DNA of 64,000 nucleotides from Candidatus Ozemobacteraceae bacterium. Its GTDB lineage: Bacteria; Muiribacteriota; Ozemobacteria; Ozemobacterales; Ozemobacteraceae. The DNA is taken from contig OZ223236.1 in the NCBI GenBank assembly GCA_965140445.1, positions 1,568,001 to 1,632,000 on the forward strand, given 5' to 3'. Below the pieces are notes generated by a model. That model saw nothing but the letters and a program-made list of their open reading frames with translations, had not been told where the DNA came from and did no database searches. Below, one piece after another: positions 59,962-64,000 of the stretch (position 1 is its first letter; each line of letters starts with the position of its first letter). The translations under genes were made by a program, and so were the position numbers.

Positions 59962-60017
59962 AATGAATCTCCTGTTCCTATTATACGCATATCAGGAAAC
60001 ACCTGCAACTTTTTCAA

Positions 60018-60213
60018 AGCCAGACCGAAGCCGCCCCGAGGGTTTAACCGGAAGTGCCGCGACACCGGGGCCGCCGGGCTCCCGGCGTGGGGTGGGGTTT
60101 GGTATCTGCTCAATAAAATCTTAGAGCGATGATTTTAGCTTTAAAATTACCACTCTAAGAGAAAAAACCGTCTGCTTTTAGGGCTGTTTTTCTTTTCTAA
60201 TCACCGTTTTCAC
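60018..60213. repeat. direct repeat B, copy 1 (about 195 bp, GC-rich half plus hairpin)
   Basis: AGCCAGACCGAAGCCGCCC...GGAAGTGCCGCGACACCGGG...GCCGGGCTCCCGGCG..., similar to 63430-63625. Confidence 0.88.
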
Positions 60214-60226
60214 AGGTCCGACCCCT

Positions 60227-60871
60227 TCAGCCTGATTTATTCGTCCCATCAGGCATTATGGAAAAGAACTTTTTTAGCAATAAAAGGGGAATTCCCAAAA
60301 CATCCGAAATATACTTAATACTTCGTAAATCTATTGGCACCGCTTTTACCACTGTAATACAAGAAGATTTAATACTTGCTTGCTTCCTAAAAGCATCTTG
60401 AGCAACCCTTAAATCTTCGTTGGGAAAATAAAAAAAGCAGTTTTTTCCAAGAGATGGCACAGCCACCAAAGAAAGAGAAAACAGTCGTCCTAAGTCATAG
60501 CTTGAAGTAGAAACCATATTACAGTAAATATTTGTAATATAAGGTAGGCAGTTTTTTCCAAAGCATTCGTTGATAACATGATTTTCAAAAAAATCCCAAT
60601 AAGTTCTACCTCCTTGAGCTTTGAGTCCTGAAACATATTCTCCAATTCTTTCAAGCTCTGATTTATTATTTGAAAAGTAGTGACATAGGATTATAGGAGT
60701 CGCAGAATGCCCTAAGTTTTTCAACTTAAAATCTGCGTTTTGAACTGTTTTGTTTGGATTATTGATTATTTCTACTTTTTTCGAATCTAATTCAACCCCT
60801 ATGGAGAAAAGCAATAGTGAAAAAAAAGTAAACAGCTTGATTGAATAAAGAACCAAATTTATCAAATTCAT
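60227..60871 (-). CDS. putative Rhs immunity protein
   Basis: AT-rich ORF with hydrophobic N-terminus, immediately downstream of the Rhs C-terminal domain. Confidence 0.55.
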   Translation of the reverse strand: MNLINLVLYSIKLFTFFSLLLFSIGVELDSKKVEIINNPNKTVQNADFKLKNLGHSATPIILCHYFSNNKSELERIGEYVSGLKAQGGRTYWDFFENHVINECFGKNCLPYITNIYCNMVSTSSYDLGRLFSLSLVAVPSLGKNCFFYFPNEDLRVAQDAFRKQASIKSSCITVVKAVPIDLRSIKYISDVLGIPLLLLKKFFSIMPDGTNKSG

Positions 60872-60914
60872 TTCCCTCGTCTAGCTATTTCCAGTAGTTT
60901 TTAATAGCAAGAAG

Positions 60915-62474
60915 CTATTTTGGGGGTTGATAAAAACTATTTAGGGTAAAATTAACTTGCCATCCAATCGAGTCTACAGCAATTGGCGGATGCATTGCAG
61001 TTTCCCCAAGACTGTTCAGTTTCCATCTATCACCAATCTTTTTGACCTCCTCCACATCTACAACAGTTGTCACAAACTTATAATTAAACTTGTAAGGTAA
61101 TAGAGGCTTGCGTTCTTCTTCTTTGCCTGGTTCAGGATAAAATACGCCCGGAGAATCACTCCAAGTAATACCAGGGGAAATATCGTTTAATACAGGATTT
61201 TTACCATAATAGGGTATGTTGGTTTTATGATCGCCCTTGTCAATTTCCCATTTTCCTTTTGTATCTAAGAATTTAACACTGTATCCCGGCTGACCTGGAA
61301 CCCCCATCGTATCCATTATAGGACCATAAGAGTTGGTTGCAGAGCCATTAACCCATTGAATTACACCATATCTTTTTTCTGCTGGCGGACAGTCATCTGT
61401 GGATGGCGGCGTTGGCTCACCTTTCCATTGCCAATCAAAGGTTACTTTTTGGCCTGCTTTAAACCTTCCGTTCTCCATTTGCATTTTTTGAAGAGGACTC
61501 ATTGTTACTTTTATTACCAAACCAAATGGATCAGTGTAAATCAACGGATTGTTTGCAACATAACCATAAAGATTATTACCGCCATTAAAACCTATCGGGT
61601 CTTTTGAGATAAATCTGCCTAATGCCGGTGAGTAGTAACGGTTACGGTTGAAATACTGATTCGTGATTTCTGAGTAACGTCTCCCGGTATAGAGATATGG
61701 GGTTAGTTTTTTGGCGAAGGATTTGCCGAAGGCCCAGCCATTGTGGTTGGCGTGGCCGAAGCCCCAGGTGGTGCCGAATCTGTTGAGGTAGCTTTCGAAT
61801 TCGTTTTCTTCGCAAGGAGATTTCTTGCAATCTTTGTCATTCCAGCGGAATTCACCCCAGGCATCGTAACCGATTCTGGCGATTGCTTTGCCGTCTTTGC
61901 TGGTGAGAGCAATTGTTGAGCCGAGACCGTCTTTGAGCATGGCCAGAGACAGGCGATTGTATCTGGTATAGGCGATGTCATCGGAACCAGGTCCACCGAT
62001 GAATTCTCTGAATATCTTGAGTTGCGGTTTTGCTGGTTTGCATCTACCACGGAATTTGAATCTTGGTTCAGTTCCCAGGTATTCGTGTGATTCGTCAGCG
62101 CCATCATAGATTGAAACATAGGTTAGCTCTTCGGATTTTGGATTGCAGCCAAATCTCTTTTTAGAATCTGACTGGATCTTTCCGGTTTTGCGAGTAATTC
62201 TGCGCCAATCCTGCGGCAGATATGTGTATTCTTCATAAGCAACAGATTCTTTGCTGTGTTTCAGATGACCATAGCCATGACCTTTTCTGTTCTTGTCATG
62301 CTTGCAATCGCCAAGAGTCTTTTCAACTCTCACGAGTCTGTTGTCAGAATTCCATATGTATGAAGCTTCTGAGTCAGAAAGCATGTTGCCATCAGCATCA
62401 TTCAAAAGAAAGTCGGGGAAAAAACCTTTGCATAGAATTTCCGCCATTTCCTTGGGTTCTGTTGTTTCCGTCAT
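60915..62474 (-). CDS. orphan (5'-truncated) Rhs core plus C-terminal toxin domain
   Basis: DADGNM, DGLGST, YDAWG, YLYTGRR, YFNRNRYYSPALGRFISKDPIG..GGNNLYGYV.NNP...TDPFG|L, then about 200-aa variable C-terminus (60915-61517). Confidence 0.9.
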   Translation of the reverse strand: MTETTEPKEMAEILCKGFFPDFLLNDADGNMLSDSEASYIWNSDNRLVRVEKTLGDCKHDKNRKGHGYGHLKHSKESVAYEEYTYLPQDWRRITRKTGKIQSDSKKRFGCNPKSEELTYVSIYDGADESHEYLGTEPRFKFRGRCKPAKPQLKIFREFIGGPGSDDIAYTRYNRLSLAMLKDGLGSTIALTSKDGKAIARIGYDAWGEFRWNDKDCKKSPCEENEFESYLNRFGTTWGFGHANHNGWAFGKSFAKKLTPYLYTGRRYSEITNQYFNRNRYYSPALGRFISKDPIGFNGGNNLYGYVANNPLIYTDPFGLVIKVTMSPLQKMQMENGRFKAGQKVTFDWQWKGEPTPPSTDDCPPAEKRYGVIQWVNGSATNSYGPIMDTMGVPGQPGYSVKFLDTKGKWEIDKGDHKTNIPYYGKNPVLNDISPGITWSDSPGVFYPEPGKEEERKPLLPYKFNYKFVTTVVDVEEVKKIGDRWKLNSLGETAMHPPIAVDSIGWQVNFTLNSFYQPPK

Positions 62475-62640
62475 TTCCGCTCACTTTTGCTTTGTCTTTT
62501 TATAGTTAGTTAATATTATAAAACAAACACCCATTAAAAAAAAGAAGCGATATTAACTGCTTATTCTATTGTCGGAACCCAGCAAAACCAGTGAATTTTC
62601 CTAAATATACGATTTTTTCCGCATTCTGTGGTTTCCTCAG

Positions 62641-62804
62641 GTTGAATCGAAAGAGCTTTTTTTAAGGCTCTTTGACGTCATGCTGGCTCAATATTAAAAA
62701 TCTTAGAGCGGCATTTTTACTGCTGAAAATGCCGCTCTAAGGACAAAAAACAGATATTTTTAGACTATTTTACTTTATCTGTAAGACTTTCCGCTGGTCC
62801 GACC
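62641..62804. repeat. direct repeat A, copy 2
   Basis: Matches 59181-59344 at an offset of 3460 bp. Confidence 0.92.
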
Positions 62805-63042
62805 CGGAATTCTTGAAGTTGATACTCGGACGCGAGTTTGCCGGAAAAAACGTGCTGATGCTAATGTCGTTTTCTCTGGCGTAATCGATGGCCTTTAGTG
62901 CGGTTTCAGCGGATATTGGCGGGTTGTTCAGATGCAACTTTTCAGCGTGGAAAGCTAAAAGCCCTGATGCAGTTATTAGAAACATTATCAGAAGGGCTAA
63001 AAGCCTTGTTCTTGGTTGTTTTAAGTTGCCTCTCATAAGCAT
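62770..63042 (-). CDS. small signal-peptide ORF ending inside repeat A (possible gene fragment)
   Basis: RTRLLALLIMFLITASGLLA signal; AAAGGT upstream; last codons (GSDQRKVLQIK*) lie within repeat A. Confidence 0.45.
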   Translation of the reverse strand: MLMRGNLKQPRTRLLALLIMFLITASGLLAFHAEKLHLNNPPISAETALKAIDYARENDISISTFFPANSRPSINFKNSGSDQRKVLQIK

Positions 63043-63282
63043 TTTTACCTTTGTTTATTCTTTGTTAAAGCCATTGTAGCATAGCTTTGTTTTATTGGAA
63101 ATTAGCTGCAGTCTTATGTCATTTACTGTCATCTTGAATAATCTATAGGCAACTTTTAATCATAAAAGCTTCTATTAATCGGTTGCAGCGTCTTGGTATT
63201 GAAGATGAAGGGAGGGGCAGCGGGTATTATTTGTCAACCCTTTTAACATTGTAAACCCTTTATTAAAGACCAACTAAGGGGC

Positions 63283-63310
63283 GGTTTGCATAATGCGTAT
63301 TATGTAAAGG
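63283..63310 (+). other. dif-like XerCD recombination site
   Basis: GGTTTGCATAA-TGCGTA-TTATGTAAAGG, an 11-6-11 layout; left arm 9/11 to E. coli dif GGTGCGCATAA, right arm 9/11 to B. subtilis dif TTATGTAAACT. Confidence 0.6.
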
Positions 63311-63429
63311 CATGGGATTCCCAGTGCCCGAGGTTTGGCGAAGAGTGACCGCAAACAAGGTCTTATATTGGGCCATTACCTGACTAGCACCGGCGCGATC
63401 TGTGCTCTTAGGTGCGGTTGCAAGGGAGC

Positions 63430-63625
63430 AGCCAGACCGAAGCCGCCCGAGGTTAATAACGGAAGTGCCGCGACACCGGGCCGCCGGGCTCCCGGCGGGG
63501 GTTGGGGATTTGGGAATTGCCTGATACAAACTAAGAGCGGTGATTTCAGTTTTAAAATCACCGCTCTAAGAGTTAAAACCGCCTGTTGTTAGAACTGTTT
63601 TCTTTTGTTAACGATCGTTCTTCGC
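63430..63625. repeat. direct repeat B, copy 2
   Basis: Matches 60018-60213 at an offset of about 3412 bp. Confidence 0.88.
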
Positions 63626-63636
63626 GTGCCGGCAAT

Positions 63637-64000
63637 TTATTCAAAGATGTCAGGAGGGACGTCTTTATCTAAATTAGAAACATAAAAGCCTTGCCCGGAA
63701 AACCCTAATTCAATAAGTCGATTCTCAGTTTCTCCAGAAAGCTTCTGACAACAGAAAAGGTTTTCTCGGAATTTTTCTTCTGTTATCTGACCTGAAAATG
63801 CCAGAAAAACACATAAAATATCATTGCCAGCCTGGTAGTTTTCAATTAATTTTCCCTCTGGAAATATGTATAAACAAAATATTTCACCGCTAAGACCTAT
63901 TTCCGTGAGTGGAACAGTACCAGAAATCAAGCCTACTTTCTTTACATTTCCGACTTTAAGCCACTTTGGTTTATTCAGAATTTCCCCAATTTGTCGCAGA
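63637..64000 (-). CDS. hypothetical protein, 5' end outside window (possibly another immunity protein)
   Basis: Frame stays open to the window edge (LRQIGEILNKPKWLKVG...); sits upstream of repeat B just as the 60227-60871 ORF does. Confidence 0.5.
   Translation of the reverse strand, partial: LRQIGEILNKPKWLKVGNVKKVGLISGTVPLTEIGLSGEIFCLYIFPEGKLIENYQAGNDILCVFLAFSGQITEEKFRENLFCCQKLSGETENRLIELGFSGQGFYVSNLDKDVPPDIFE

Noticed and set aside
59242..63570. Hairpin repeats as a CRISPR array or integron attC sites
   Set aside because: Spacing is 0.8-2.6 kb rather than spacer-sized, no cas or intI gene is in the window, and I could not find RYYYAAC/GTTRRRY boxes bounding the hairpins.
63263..63592. Three overlapping ORFs (63263-63529, 63335-63592, 63376-63561), and 59939-60124
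   Set aside because: They lie over GC-rich repeat B and the dif-like site; the open frames are explained by low stop-codon density, and the two B copies differ by indels.
1..64000. tRNA, rRNA, known riboswitches, transposases or integrases
   Set aside because: None was recognised by eye; tRNAscan-SE, Rfam and ISEScan runs would be needed to exclude them formally.

Overview
Gene-dense, AT-rich bacterial chromosomal window from a diderm organism. The many divergent prepilin-like clusters and secreted hypothetical proteins are reminiscent of Ca. Riflebacteria, but that is an impression and not a classification. From left to right it holds: a truncated OFA-type MFS transporter and a wHTH regulator; two divergent type IV minor-pilin-like operons, one with a cell-wall amidase and one with a 1521-aa secreted protein; housekeeping genes; a Zn/Mn-type uptake operon (OM porin-like protein plus ZnuA/C/B) preceded by a probably leaderless His/CxxC/RSPP upstream ORF of the DUF2946/CruR arrest-peptide type; a small defence island of three HNH nucleases (one fused to a MazG-like NTP pyrophosphatase, one frameshifted); a DASS transporter converging on three CYTH-fold genes; pepA and malic enzyme; and a glycosyltransferase operon. 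The best candidate for an undescribed system is a tightly coupled five-gene operon at 47488-57742. It encodes an output-less Cache-HAMP sensor, an Npt/TLC-like transporter with HEAT repeats, a PhnD-like binding protein, a nucleosidase-radical SAM fusion, and a signal-peptide-bearing fusion of a class II nucleotidyltransferase with a nucleoside phosphorylase-like domain. The right end is a repeat-punctuated mosaic: a TA module, an orphan Rhs toxin-immunity pair, two pairs of direct repeats sharing a 40-bp hairpin, and a dif-like site. No rRNA, tRNA or CRISPR array was recognised. All family assignments come from motif recognition by eye, not from database searches.
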